This document shows positions 16,673 through 26,025 of a stretch of 64,000 bases of DNA, in pieces (position 1 is the first letter of the stretch; each line of letters starts with the position of its first letter). Where the stretch lies: IMG/VR virus record IMGVR_UViG_3300028603_000002, positions 107,909-171,908 of that record; one strand, written 5' to 3'. The position numbers were made by a program, and so were the translations under genes. The DNA is from a virus (Duplodnaviria; Caudoviricetes). The notes under the pieces were generated by a model. That model ran no database searches, was not told the origin of the DNA, and saw only the letters and a list, made by a program, of their open reading frames with translations.

Positions 16673-16927
16673 TTATCCGGGGTTGATTGTGTCTTGAAAC
16701 TTCTTCCTCAATGCTGACATCATAGCCTCAATAGCCCTGGGCATTTTTTTCACAACTTCATCTTTTGTTCGGCCCTGAACGACAACACCCTTAAGCTCCT
16801 TAATAATTCCTATGAACAATCCGGTTTTCTCATTATGAATTATCACCCCAGTGAAATTCTTGGTTTGTGCTTGTCTTCCCATGATAAGTGCTTTTGATTG
16901 ATGTATGAAATTAATTAGCTTCCACAT
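16673..16927 (-). CDS. HicB-like antitoxin-fold protein
   Basis: ELKGVVVQGRTKDEVVKKMPRAIE; probable start at 16882. Confidence 0.6.
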   Translation of the reverse strand: MWKLINFIHQSKALIMGRQAQTKNFTGVIIHNEKTGLFIGIIKELKGVVVQGRTKDEVVKKMPRAIEAMMSALRKKFQDTINPG

Positions 16928-17219
16928 GTAGTCCGGATTTTTTGAACTTTTTTATAGCATTCCTGAGATTCAGAGCCGTAATGTAGTAGCACTCCTTCCG
17001 GAGAATTAATTTGTTCCGTTTAACGTAACTCCCAGTTAACGACTCTACCGCTATATCCACCTCCTCCAACGGAGCTTCTGTCACTACCCCATCATCCCAT
17101 TGATACACTGTATGCCCAGGCTTCAGTCGTCGTGTACCGATAAAGCGGACTTTTTTCTCCTCCGCGGGGGTAACAATTTGCTGTTCTTGTTTAATTTGAT
17201 CTGGCTTAATCTCCTTCAT
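16911..17219 (-). CDS. hypothetical phage protein
   Basis: 102-aa ORF. Confidence 0.7.
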   Translation of the reverse strand: MKEIKPDQIKQEQQIVTPAEEKKVRFIGTRRLKPGHTVYQWDDGVVTEAPLEEVDIAVESLTGSYVKRNKLILRKECYYITALNLRNAIKKFKKSGLHVEAN

Positions 17220-17291
17220 TGTTTTCCTTTTTTGTCAATGTAACGTGCAATAATTCATGTTTTCATAATTTTATCTTTTTAATTTGTACTA

Positions 17292-17323
17292 TAAAGATAT
17301 GAAAAATATTTCAAAGTACCAAC
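17292..17323 (-). promoter_or_regulatory. early promoter facing into the island and cassette array
   Basis: Minus strand TTGGTACTTTGAAATATTTTTCATATCTTTA. Confidence 0.6.
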
Positions 17324-17449
17324 TATGAAGCGAAAGATGTTTCTAAATTTGACCCGACCGCGGGAAAATTTATAATATCAGGTACAAAGATAAAATTTAT
17401 TGTGTAATTATCGAAATTTTCAATTCAAATAATTTTCCTACATGTTTAT

Positions 17450-17481
17450 TTGGATATCTCCTAAAAATTCATTATCTTTAT
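17450..17481 (+). promoter_or_regulatory. early promoter
   Basis: TTTGGATATCTCCTAAAAATTCATTATCTTTA. Confidence 0.7.
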
Positions 17482-17502
17482 TATGAAATAAAACAAGAAA
17501 CT

Positions 17503-17718
17503 ATGTATTATGTAGAAACAATGATTGATGGTATACTCCATTACAAAACAACACCGCATGGAAATTGGATACCTATTTCTATAGAAGTACTATCACAAAG
17601 GGTGGTAAAAGCGGAAAAAAGAGTATCATTACTTAAAGATCAATTGCAAGAAGCTAAAAGTATACCCAAACTAACTTCTGAAGCTCTTGGGCAATTATTC
17701 ACTGGAAAATCTAATTGA
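17503..17718 (+). CDS. hypothetical protein
   Basis: 71-aa ORF after promoter. Confidence 0.7.
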   Translation: MYYVETMIDGILHYKTTPHGNWIPISIEVLSQRVVKAEKRVSLLKDQLQEAKSIPKLTSEALGQLFTGKSN

Positions 17719-17719
17719 T

Positions 17720-19549
17720 ATGAATAAAGAAGTATCCAAATTAGTACAAGAAATTACAACTGAAAAACACGGTACTATATCTGTGGGTGGTATATTATAT
17801 CGTCGTGAGGACGTATATAAGATTGTTAAAATTGAAGAAACTGAGTGGGGTCCTGTATGTTATTGTATCGATCCTGATGGTGATGAACATAAAGTGTCTC
17901 GCAGTAGTTTACAAGACTATTATCAATACTATGAAGGTGATTTCGATGATCTGGTTAAGAAAGCAATAGCATTGAAACGAGGAGAATTTGATCTAAGTGA
18001 ATACCAGGAACAGTCTAATTCCGAATCAACTCAACTGATGAAGATAGATAAGAAATCATATGAAGTCTTATTATCTGATGTTAAGCGTAGAAGACATGAG
18101 CTTTCTATAATTCAAGCTCATTATCTCAGTATATTAGAAAGAGAAAAACGTAATTTAAGATCTATTATAGATACGTTTAACAAGAAGATTAATAAGTTAC
18201 GGGAGATTATATGGACTATTGAATTATATCTTGGTATAGAGGAGGATATAGTGCGCATTCAACAAGGAGCACCAGCATCAGACGAGGAACCTATACATTT
18301 ATTACAAGCTAGGCTATACATGGATGAAGAAGTTGGAGATCCAAGTGACGGTGGTCTTGATTTCAAAAATATTGAAGATTTCGATAATTGGATGCTTAGT
18401 AAAAGCAAATTTTATGGATTTGAAAATTACAAATTGATAGTACCATTTCCGAAATGTGTACGTATAATGCGAGTAAGGCGGGATCAAAAGGAATACCATG
18501 ATAATCCATGGGTTAACTTCGAAATGAATATCCCGAACATGGAGACGTATATCATTATACGCAACGGTGAGAATATTTACACCATATCTACAACTATGAG
18601 ATTCGATGAAAAGTTATTTCCTGATTCTGATGAATTAGTGAAAATGTACGAGGAGATGGATAAAGATATCAATAATCCAAATATAATCAGTCGCAGCTAT
18701 GATCCCGAAGAAAGGCATAAAAATAAAATTGATGAATTCATGCATACATACCGTAGAAATATGGTCGTAATGCAAGGTTTGCTTGATCGTACCGAGGTTT
18801 TTGGTAATATGTCGGGTAAAGTATCCTTTATGAATGAAAAGTCTGCAGAAGAAGGCAAAATAGTGTTCTTCTACGAGAATCAAGGCAACCAAATTGAAGA
18901 TGGATCTGTCGATCCATTAAAATGGTTTGAAATCGCCAGTAGTAATCCAGTAGAAGGTCAACGAGTATTAGTCATTACTGAATCGGATTGGAAAACTTCA
19001 GAAGAACGTAATTATCGAATATATAACAGATATTTTTCAAATAAATGGGCATATCCAGATGCCATCCGAAACGGTATATATACCTTACATATAGATAAGG
19101 AACATAGAGAATATGGTGAAAATAAAACTGTACTATATGTTAAATATTTGCCGAATGATGAAGTTTACACTGAGTATGGTAGCAAAGAAAGAACCAGAAG
19201 ATTTAGGTGGCGTCTGCATCCTAAAGAGTGTATTAATTTCGATCTTATATCACATAGAAATATCCAATGGGTAGATAATATGCTACATGATAGGAGAGTT
19301 AGAAAACATTATTCGAGATACATGAATACATTAATTGCTCTGAAGAAATACAAAGATAAAGAGTTAGAAGAAGAGTTACCATTCTGTCAACTCATACAAA
19401 GTTACTATCCAAAATTGGATATTGATGAAATCAGAGATTATGTATTTTGGTGGAAAACTAAGAATAAATGGAAGAGATCATTGACAGTAGATGATCAGAA
19501 AGCGATTCGAATGATTAGAAAGAAAATTGAATCAACCTATAAAACATAA
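17720..19549 (+). CDS. large hypothetical phage protein with coiled coil
   Basis: About 610 aa; likely start ATG 17720 (track start 17687). Confidence 0.85.
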   Translation: MNKEVSKLVQEITTEKHGTISVGGILYRREDVYKIVKIEETEWGPVCYCIDPDGDEHKVSRSSLQDYYQYYEGDFDDLVKKAIALKRGEFDLSEYQEQSNSESTQLMKIDKKSYEVLLSDVKRRRHELSIIQAHYLSILEREKRNLRSIIDTFNKKINKLREIIWTIELYLGIEEDIVRIQQGAPASDEEPIHLLQARLYMDEEVGDPSDGGLDFKNIEDFDNWMLSKSKFYGFENYKLIVPFPKCVRIMRVRRDQKEYHDNPWVNFEMNIPNMETYIIIRNGENIYTISTTMRFDEKLFPDSDELVKMYEEMDKDINNPNIISRSYDPEERHKNKIDEFMHTYRRNMVVMQGLLDRTEVFGNMSGKVSFMNEKSAEEGKIVFFYENQGNQIEDGSVDPLKWFEIASSNPVEGQRVLVITESDWKTSEERNYRIYNRYFSNKWAYPDAIRNGIYTLHIDKEHREYGENKTVLYVKYLPNDEVYTEYGSKERTRRFRWRLHPKECINFDLISHRNIQWVDNMLHDRRVRKHYSRYMNTLIALKKYKDKELEEELPFCQLIQSYYPKLDIDEIRDYVFWWKTKNKWKRSLTVDDQKAIRMIRKKIESTYKT

Positions 19550-19553
19550 TAAC

Positions 19554-19931
19554 ATGAATATACGCATAACAGGATTCATTGTAAGATTTTCTGGAGATGA
19601 ATCTGCAGGTATTTTCCCTCAAGAATGGGAAGTTAAAGGAGATTTTGAGTTTGACACGTTGGAAGACTTAGATCTATTCAAAAATAAGCTGATTGAAGCA
19701 TGGGAATATGCCTCTGATACCCCTATTTCAGTAGAAACATTCGAGGAAATACGAGAAAGAGACATAAAAAGTCGTCCAAAAACCACAGAAATCCCAGAAA
19801 ATGAGTGGGGTGTACATATAACACATTGTTGTGTAGATCATGGATGTAAATATGGGTATGATGACTGCCCTGTTTATTTAGGTATAGTTGAACAGAAATA
19901 TCCTTGTGAAGATTGCAATATTGACTGGTAG
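19554..19931 (+). CDS. hypothetical protein with Cys-rich C-terminus
   Basis: VHITHCCVDHGCKYG..DCPV...CEDC. Confidence 0.7.
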   Translation: MNIRITGFIVRFSGDESAGIFPQEWEVKGDFEFDTLEDLDLFKNKLIEAWEYASDTPISVETFEEIRERDIKSRPKTTEIPENEWGVHITHCCVDHGCKYGYDDCPVYLGIVEQKYPCEDCNIDW

Positions 19932-20013
19932 AACCACGTTTCACCACATTTTCACTGAAAATCTATGACCCCCCCCTATTTCACTGATTTTTGGTAAAAA
20001 ATACCCCAAAATC

Positions 20014-20045
20014 TTTGGTTTTTTGGTGGAAAATACTTATCTTTA
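20014..20045 (+). promoter_or_regulatory. early promoter
   Basis: TTTGGTTTTTTGGTGGAAAATACTTATCTTTA. Confidence 0.65.
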
Positions 20046-20084
20046 TTATGTAATTAATTAGAAACCTATAAAAACACATTAAAA

Positions 20085-20420
20085 ATGAAAGAATTATTAG
20101 AAAAAATCAATGAATTTCACCAGGAATTTCCACATGGTGAATATGATCGTTTTGATCAAGACATCCTAAATAAAAGGATTGGAGAAACGTGGGAGATAGA
20201 AGAGCAGATAGAGGAAGCAGCACAACACTTAAAAAAGGGAGATACAGCATTATGTATAATGCCTGCCGATGTTGTAAAGAAGAGAAGTAAAATTAGGGAA
20301 GTCACAGTAAAATACCATGGAAAGTATAAAAACGATTATAATGATTTCTCGGATTTCATTAGAGTATCAGATGGTAAATATTCATGGTACCAACCTAAGA
20401 ACAAAATCGTTAAAAAATAG
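20085..20420 (+). CDS. hypothetical protein
   Basis: 111-aa ORF. Confidence 0.7.
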   Translation: MKELLEKINEFHQEFPHGEYDRFDQDILNKRIGETWEIEEQIEEAAQHLKKGDTALCIMPADVVKKRSKIREVTVKYHGKYKNDYNDFSDFIRVSDGKYSWYQPKNKIVKK

Positions 20421-20562
20421 TATTATTTAACCTACAAACATAGAGCCCGCGAAAATGAATGGGTGATAAAAGATATCCACACGAAAAAACAGTATGTATG
20501 TTCTACACCATTTTTAAAAGGTGCGGAGATTGTATAATTTGAAAAACTTAAACACATAAAAA

Positions 20563-21135
20563 ATGAAAATTCCAATAGACGTACCAGACGGTACTAAAGG
20601 TGAATGGAGAGTAGAAACTATTGAAGTTCCTGAAAACGATTTCAGTCAAATACTATCTGCTATGAAAACTGGTAGAAGTGTACCAGGTGGAAAATATAAA
20701 CGATTGTTAAGAAATGGCACTTGTGTGATGAGCAATACTCCAAATGAGATCCGTGATTTCATGAGGTTCGTTCTTAAAGCAGAAGGTATTGTATTAGTAA
20801 ATGGGCTTGGTTTAGGTGTGTTATTAAAAGCATTATTAGATAAACCGACTATTACCGAAGTAACAGTAATCGAGAAATCAAAAGATGTTATTGATTTAGT
20901 TGGTCCTACTTATCTAAAAGATGAGAGAGTAGCCATTATACACGCCGATGCTTTTGAGTATAAACCACCAAAGGGGAAAAGATATAATGCTGTATGGCAT
21001 GACATCTGGGATTATATTTGTGGTGATAATGTAGATGAAATGAAAACATTACATCGGAAATATGGGCGACGGTCAAACTACCAGGAAAGTTGGTGTCGAT
21101 ATTTATGTGAACAACAAAACAGAAAAACTTGGTAA
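20563..21135 (+). CDS. spermidine-synthase-like class I SAM methyltransferase
   Basis: VLVNGLGLG, VTVIEKS, IIHADAFEY, VWHDIW. Confidence 0.8.
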   Translation: MKIPIDVPDGTKGEWRVETIEVPENDFSQILSAMKTGRSVPGGKYKRLLRNGTCVMSNTPNEIRDFMRFVLKAEGIVLVNGLGLGVLLKALLDKPTITEVTVIEKSKDVIDLVGPTYLKDERVAIIHADAFEYKPPKGKRYNAVWHDIWDYICGDNVDEMKTLHRKYGRRSNYQESWCRYLCEQQNRKTW

Positions 21136-21350
21136 TTCATAAAGCAGATATCTTAAAACATCTAAGAACAAAATATCCTAATCAAACAGAACAAGAAATC
21201 CAAGATTTCTACAAGGATATATCTTGGGGGTATGCTGGTAAATACTATGCTATAATCAGCATCTTGAAAGATAGAGGTATAGATATTGATTCTGCTTTTA
21301 AATTAGCTGGAACTATTAAAATTCAGGATGATGATGAATATTATAACTGA
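21129..21350 (+). CDS. hypothetical protein
   Basis: 73-aa ORF. Confidence 0.55.
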   Translation: MVIHKADILKHLRTKYPNQTEQEIQDFYKDISWGYAGKYYAIISILKDRGIDIDSAFKLAGTIKIQDDDEYYN

Positions 21351-21355
21351 TATAT

Positions 21356-21388
21356 TTGGTTATATCAAATATATTCCTTATCTTTAAT
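21356..21388 (+). promoter_or_regulatory. early promoter
   Basis: TTTGGTTATATCAAATATATTCCTTATCTTTA. Confidence 0.65.
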
Positions 21389-21411
21389 ATCAAGTAAAAA
21401 CTATAAAAATC

Positions 21412-21705
21412 ATGAATGCATTAACAATTATTCAAGATGGCAAAATGGTTAAGTTAAATTCTAGCGCCTTAGAAAAAATTGCAGAAATTTATCGTGCCAT
21501 TAACCATGGGTGCAGACAACGCATGCTCAATTTGCTAGCGAAGGAAGGCTCAATGATCGTAACTGACATATATGTTAAGTTACGGCTTGAACAATCAGCA
21601 GCCTCACAACATTTAGCTATACTTCGAAGAGCAGGTGTTGTTCAAACAGAAAGAAGAGGTAAAAACATTTACTATTCTCTTAAACAAGAAGCAATGCAGA
21701 TTTAA
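21412..21705 (+). CDS. ArsR/SmtB-family winged-helix transcription regulator
   Basis: RAINH..RQRML...VTDIYVKLRLEQSAASQHLAILRRAGVV..ERRGKNIYYSL. Confidence 0.9.
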   Translation: MNALTIIQDGKMVKLNSSALEKIAEIYRAINHGCRQRMLNLLAKEGSMIVTDIYVKLRLEQSAASQHLAILRRAGVVQTERRGKNIYYSLKQEAMQI

Positions 21706-21717
21706 CATTGAACAAAT

Positions 21718-22044
21718 CTAATACAGATTTTCACTAAATAAATAATCCGTTTCATCTTCAATTTGCCCCGCGTCAAAAGCAATCTTCCCTCCTTCCTCTC
21801 TATCTACGAATCTATTCTTATTTGTTAGAAACCCTTGAACGGTTTCTCCGACGCTGTTAGGGCCGAATGTAACAGTTCTTAATCCAGATAGGCATTTTGT
21901 TACCCATATGCAATTTGAATGCCTCCAACCGCATACTACAACCCCTACATCACAATTAAATGGTATAGCTCCACGGTGTGGTTCGGATACTTCCAAATCT
22001 TTATACCAGATAGCTGCACAAAGGATGTATTCTATATCCTTCAT
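21718..22044 (-). CDS. hypothetical phage protein
   Basis: ILCAAI...G.RH..C...QGFLTNKNRFVDREE...LFSENLY. Confidence 0.8.
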   Translation of the reverse strand: MKDIEYILCAAIWYKDLEVSEPHRGAIPFNCDVGVVVCGWRHSNCIWVTKCLSGLRTVTFGPNSVGETVQGFLTNKNRFVDREEGGKIAFDAGQIEDETDYLFSENLY

Positions 22045-22346
22045 GCTCTTACTTCTTTGTTTTGCTTTGTAAAATCTTCTAATCTTTTCAATAGATCCAA
22101 TGGTATATCCTTCATAAACACATATCTTAAACTATCATATGGCATTTTATGAAAATCTCCAATTATATCATCCGTTGGTATTGGATGTAGATAACATATA
22201 TCACTATCTATTGCATGTTTTTTATCTTTGGCTGTTATTCTCGGCAATTCAATTACATCCTTTAACCAAAAATCTAATTTTGTCCAATTACCATCCATAT
22301 TCATAATAGCTTTCTTTACAACTGGAAAATACAATGTCTTGACCAT
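22041..22346 (-). CDS. hypothetical protein
   Basis: 101-aa ORF; promoter at about 22370-22402. Confidence 0.7.
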   Translation of the reverse strand: MVKTLYFPVVKKAIMNMDGNWTKLDFWLKDVIELPRITAKDKKHAIDSDICYLHPIPTDDIIGDFHKMPYDSLRYVFMKDIPLDLLKRLEDFTKQNKEVRA

Positions 22347-22402
22347 TTCTTCAAATGTTTTAATTCATAATAAAGATAATGAAAATATCTTATATTTCCA
22401 AA

Positions 22403-22687
22403 TTATTTAGATCTTTCTGCCACTACTTCTAACTTCTGGTTTATCTCATCAATTATCTTTTGCCGGCGGGCGTTTAAATGTTCCGGATAACAATCGACCT
22501 TATTGGTTAACCGTCTATATTTACCTCCGAATCCCAAATGACCACAAAATCTCCACTCGCTGCATGGATTTTCTTTACTATGATGATGAACGAATCCATA
22601 TCTGTCTTCTTCATTGGCTCCGCCAATCTCAACTAATATATCATATACCTTATGTGCGTGTAATTCTGTCATATTTTTATTTTTCAC
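22403..22687 (-). CDS. hypothetical phage protein
   Basis: EWRFCGHLGFGGKY. Confidence 0.75.
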   Translation of the reverse strand: MKNKNMTELHAHKVYDILVEIGGANEEDRYGFVHHHSKENPCSEWRFCGHLGFGGKYRRLTNKVDCYPEHLNARRQKIIDEINQKLEVVAERSK

Positions 22688-22998
22688 ATCATTATACCAA
22701 AATACATTTTATCATCTACATTTGGATCTTCTAAAATTTCTCTTGCTGAATACAAAACCATTCCAGGCAAGTATTGATAATACACTTTGTCATAATAGAT
22801 ATTATCATAATTAGAATATCTGCCTACTTTCAATAATTTCTTTATGACACTATCTTTCTTTTTCTTTAAGATAAAGACCATTCCATTTCTGGTAGTATTC
22901 TGATACTGGAATGAATATCCATTACTGTTAAGAATTAGATCATTCTTTTTTAGATCTTTATAAGGACCATAGTAAATAACATTATCTGTCATTTCCAT
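22684..22998 (-). CDS. hypothetical protein
   Basis: 104-aa ORF in an overlapping operon. Confidence 0.65.
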   Translation of the reverse strand: MEMTDNVIYYGPYKDLKKNDLILNSNGYSFQYQNTTRNGMVFILKKKKDSVIKKLLKVGRYSNYDNIYYDKVYYQYLPGMVLYSAREILEDPNVDDKMYFGIMM

Positions 22999-23503
22999 CT
23001 CCTTGCAAGGTTCCTCTTTCTTTTCTTGATTGTAGTTTTTCTATATTATTTTGAGCTACTGTTAACATATCGATATTATCACTATTCATCCTATGCCATA
23101 TTAAAATAAAACAATTACGTAGAAAATCGGCAACTTTTTCTTTCTTCTCGAGTGTAATACCGTCTCTTTCAATCTTCTTTATTACTCCTGCAAACTTACA
23201 TATTTCTTTTTGAATATTACCAAAAAATCTGCTATAATCGAAGTATTTTGTATTATTATAATTAAATACAGCATCAATATCTAACATTAAAACATGACAT
23301 AATTCAGACATGTACCACAATACATCACCTGCTTCTTTTTTTCTATTATTATGACCCTCAGGTATAGACCATACGTCTAAAATTTCACCTAATTCTTCAA
23401 TTAATCCCAATGCAGCGTACGCAGAACCCAATTTCTCGGGGTATATAGCTGTTTCTCTTGCTAATTTGCAATAGTCATGAAAGTTCTCTATTTTCTTCAT
23501 CAT
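22982..23503 (-). CDS. MazG-like nucleotide pyrophosphohydrolase
   Basis: ALGLIEELGE...KEAGDVLWY...NIEKLQSRKERGTLQGDGNDR. Confidence 0.85.
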   Translation of the reverse strand: MMKKIENFHDYCKLARETAIYPEKLGSAYAALGLIEELGEILDVWSIPEGHNNRKKEAGDVLWYMSELCHVLMLDIDAVFNYNNTKYFDYSRFFGNIQKEICKFAGVIKKIERDGITLEKKEKVADFLRNCFILIWHRMNSDNIDMLTVAQNNIEKLQSRKERGTLQGDGNDR

Positions 23504-23939
23504 GTTTAATTTTTAACAATTCAATTATTTTTTCAAATGTTTTATCATATAATTCTTTTAGAGTATATACAACATCTTCTTCCAAATGTTCCATATAATC
23601 ATATTTAGTATTATCCCCAGTTAATCCATATATTTTAAAACAGAAATAATTTATTTCATTAAATCTTCTATTAGATTCATATTCTATTGTTATTCCATTC
23701 TCGGTTTCCAACCATATTAATATCTGCCAATAAGTTGGTGCGGCACATTTATTAAGAAATTCTTTGTGATTTTTCGATATCAGTGAATTTTTAATACCGA
23801 GATTATTACCACCAATCCCAGATAACCAACCATTTCTCCACGCAGTAAAACACGGATAATCGAATCCTAATTTAGCAAATTCCATAGCTAATTGTGGAGG
23901 TATAAATTCATCTGTTAATTGATATACATTCATTGACAA
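23475..23939 (-). CDS. hypothetical phage protein
   Basis: LA..FAKLGFD.PC...APTYWQ...WL family pattern. Confidence 0.75.
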   Translation of the reverse strand: MSMNVYQLTDEFIPPQLAMEFAKLGFDYPCFTAWRNGWLSGIGGNNLGIKNSLISKNHKEFLNKCAAPTYWQILIWLETENGITIEYESNRRFNEINYFCFKIYGLTGDNTKYDYMEHLEEDVVYTLKELYDKTFEKIIELLKIKHDEENRELS

Positions 23940-24214
23940 AAATATTTTCTTATTTTTATTTGCAATTCAGAATATCTATCTTGATGTGCAACTGCAACTT
24001 CATCCCTAGCTTCGTACATATCATTATACATTTTTGCAATATCGGGGCGTGTATTTAGAAACTCTTGTAATTCTTCCATTTTTTGTATAACATTTTCTAG
24101 AGAATCTAACCAATGCTTATACTCTACCATGAAATTCTTTACTTCAAATTGCTTAGTTATTGGCATACTTTCTAATTTGGATTTAAAATTAAAGATTTCC
24201 TGGGAAATAACCAA
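23930..24214 (-). CDS. hypothetical protein
   Basis: 94-aa ORF; start uncertain. Confidence 0.55.
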   Translation of the reverse strand: MVISQEIFNFKSKLESMPITKQFEVKNFMVEYKHWLDSLENVIQKMEELQEFLNTRPDIAKMYNDMYEARDEVAVAHQDRYSELQIKIRKYFCQ

Positions 24215-24457
24215 ATATTCAATACTTTTTAATGATGTTAAAATTATATATATTTAATATAGCAAAGTTAATAAAAAGTTTTCTGGAAGTATAGGTAGTT
24301 GATAAATATTCGTCTGGATTCGCCAGAGTAAGTGTAAGACGGCTTCATTGCCACAACTCACCATGGCGGCGTAAGATTCACATCCTTAGAAATGTGAGTA
24401 TGTCAAAAAACATTTCTAATTACAAAATTTAGACTAAATTTTTATTATGGGTAAACA

Positions 24458-24466
24458 ATATTTATA
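24458..24466 (+). promoter_or_regulatory. putative late promoter ATATTTATA
   Basis: ATATTTAT(A/T) also occurs at 27970, 29219, 37126, 45846, 54003 and 60262, just upstream of late genes. Confidence 0.55.
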
Positions 24467-24471
24467 TACAG

Positions 24472-25200
24472 ATGAGTTCACAAAAAATCATAAAGAATCT
24501 AGTATATCTAAATGAGTTCTTAACAGAATGTTCATGCAAAAATAAACACTTTCCCGAACCTACATTACATATTCCCAATGGTTATAAATCATATATTTCT
24601 GAATACATTAAAGAACATGGATTAGCAGAAGTACATACTAAATGGTATAACTATTTACAAAATGATAAACTATCAGAAAATAAAATCAATAATGTAATTG
24701 ATCATTATTTCAAGGATATTCTGGGTGAGGCTACTTATAAAGATTTAAGACGTGATGCACCGAATTATCTAAATATTAGAACTAAATCAAAGAAAACTAA
24801 AGGTTCTCGATACCAAGATATTGATGAAAATGGTATTGTTAGATTTAGAACTCCATCCCATACAGTACCTGGAAGAATATATACTCAATTTGTAAAGCTA
24901 TTAGATTTGGATGATATAATTAGACAATATTCTGCTAGCAGAACTCCAATACAGATAGCCAGAATGGCATTAGCAGGTGATATTGAAGTACATTGCACTG
25001 ATCCATCCTGGAAATATTGGGGATTCCAGTATATTGGTTCCCAGAATAACTATGCTCTAAACAATGAGCCGAGAATACCTAAGATCAGGAATCCAAGACT
25101 ACAAGGATCTGTTTGTAAACACTTGGATAACGTGTTATTCATACTTCCATTCCAGTCAGCTGTAATAGGAAGAGACTTACAAAAATTAGGTATATTGTAA
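24472..25200 (+). CDS. SWIM-type Zn-finger protein
   Basis: IEVHCTDPSWKYWG...NP...GSVCKHL. Confidence 0.7.
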   Translation: MSSQKIIKNLVYLNEFLTECSCKNKHFPEPTLHIPNGYKSYISEYIKEHGLAEVHTKWYNYLQNDKLSENKINNVIDHYFKDILGEATYKDLRRDAPNYLNIRTKSKKTKGSRYQDIDENGIVRFRTPSHTVPGRIYTQFVKLLDLDDIIRQYSASRTPIQIARMALAGDIEVHCTDPSWKYWGFQYIGSQNNYALNNEPRIPKIRNPRLQGSVCKHLDNVLFILPFQSAVIGRDLQKLGIL

Positions 25201-25277
25201 AATGAAAAGTGGTATTCATACTGCATTCAATTTAAATACCACTATCACAAAGTGAAAAAACCAAAACCAAACTCAAC

Positions 25278-25568
25278 CTATTTGAGTTTATCTTTAATTT
25301 CTTTTATAACATCGTCTTCATTATTACTAGCAAGATATATCCAACTTACAGCCCCATTGCTAAAATTAACACCATCCCAAGATCCTTCTGTATCTTTATA
25401 TGCAATAGGCATTTTTTGAACTTCCACTCTTTCAGCTATTGATATGTATTCTAATACATTCTCCATATCATTAGTAACACTCATTGTTGGATTAGAATCG
25501 TCGTATTGATCAATTATCAATAAAACACCATCCTTAATTTTGTAGGTAAATTTGCTTCTAGGTTTCAT
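25278..25568 (-). CDS. hypothetical phage protein
   Basis: MSVTNDMENVL...YKDTEGSWDG. Confidence 0.75.
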   Translation of the reverse strand: MKPRSKFTYKIKDGVLLIIDQYDDSNPTMSVTNDMENVLEYISIAERVEVQKMPIAYKDTEGSWDGVNFSNGAVSWIYLASNNEDDVIKEIKDKLK

Positions 25569-25710
25569 GTTAGTTCTTTTAATTTTTTAAAGGTAACATT
25601 TAATTTTGTAATTTCCAAATTTTTTACCCTCCTCTTGAATATTGTTCGGATGCAGTGCATTTGTCTTTAGCAAATGGGTAGTTCACAATGTTGGAATTTT
25701 TCAAAATTAG

Positions 25711-26025
25711 TCATAATATATCTCTTTCGTACAGCAGCAGTACAGGTCCTTTAATTGTTGAATTTGGTTCATCTACAAGCTGGAATATTTCTGGAATGAA
25801 CCAACCAGGGGTAGACTTGTATCTCATATAATAATTAAATCGTTTCAAAAATTCATCTCGGATATTCCCATTGCTAATCTTACACCATCCCTCTGGATGT
25901 AGAAATTGTCTAACTTGGGTAGATTCGATTCCTAATCTGTCTCCAAGTTCAATTATACTAATTGTTCTCAGGTCTTCTTCAGAAAGATTTTCACTTACTT
26001 CTCGTTGTTTCTTTTGTGTTATCAT
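25711..26025 (-). CDS. hypothetical protein
   Basis: Likely start MITQKK at 26025 (track start 26067). Confidence 0.6.
   Translation of the reverse strand: MITQKKQREVSENLSEEDLRTISIIELGDRLGIESTQVRQFLHPEGWCKISNGNIRDEFLKRFNYYMRYKSTPGWFIPEIFQLVDEPNSTIKGPVLLLYERDIL

Larger units (their letters stand above)
8871..16690 (-). mobile_element. integron-like gene-cassette array (no integrase in window)
   Basis: 17 copies of a GTTAAGTTTATACGGGTG^TT-like site; attC-like hairpins; cassette starts complementary to cassette ends; usually 1-2 small genes per unit. Confidence 0.75.

Noticed and set aside
9036-16686. CRISPR array interpretation of the 17-copy repeat
   Set aside because: Spacing is irregular (250-1400 bp), the intervals contain whole genes, and no cas genes are present.
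16673-17219. HicAB toxin-antitoxin pair
   Set aside because: Only a HicB-like fold is visible; the neighbouring ORF lacks HicA features.
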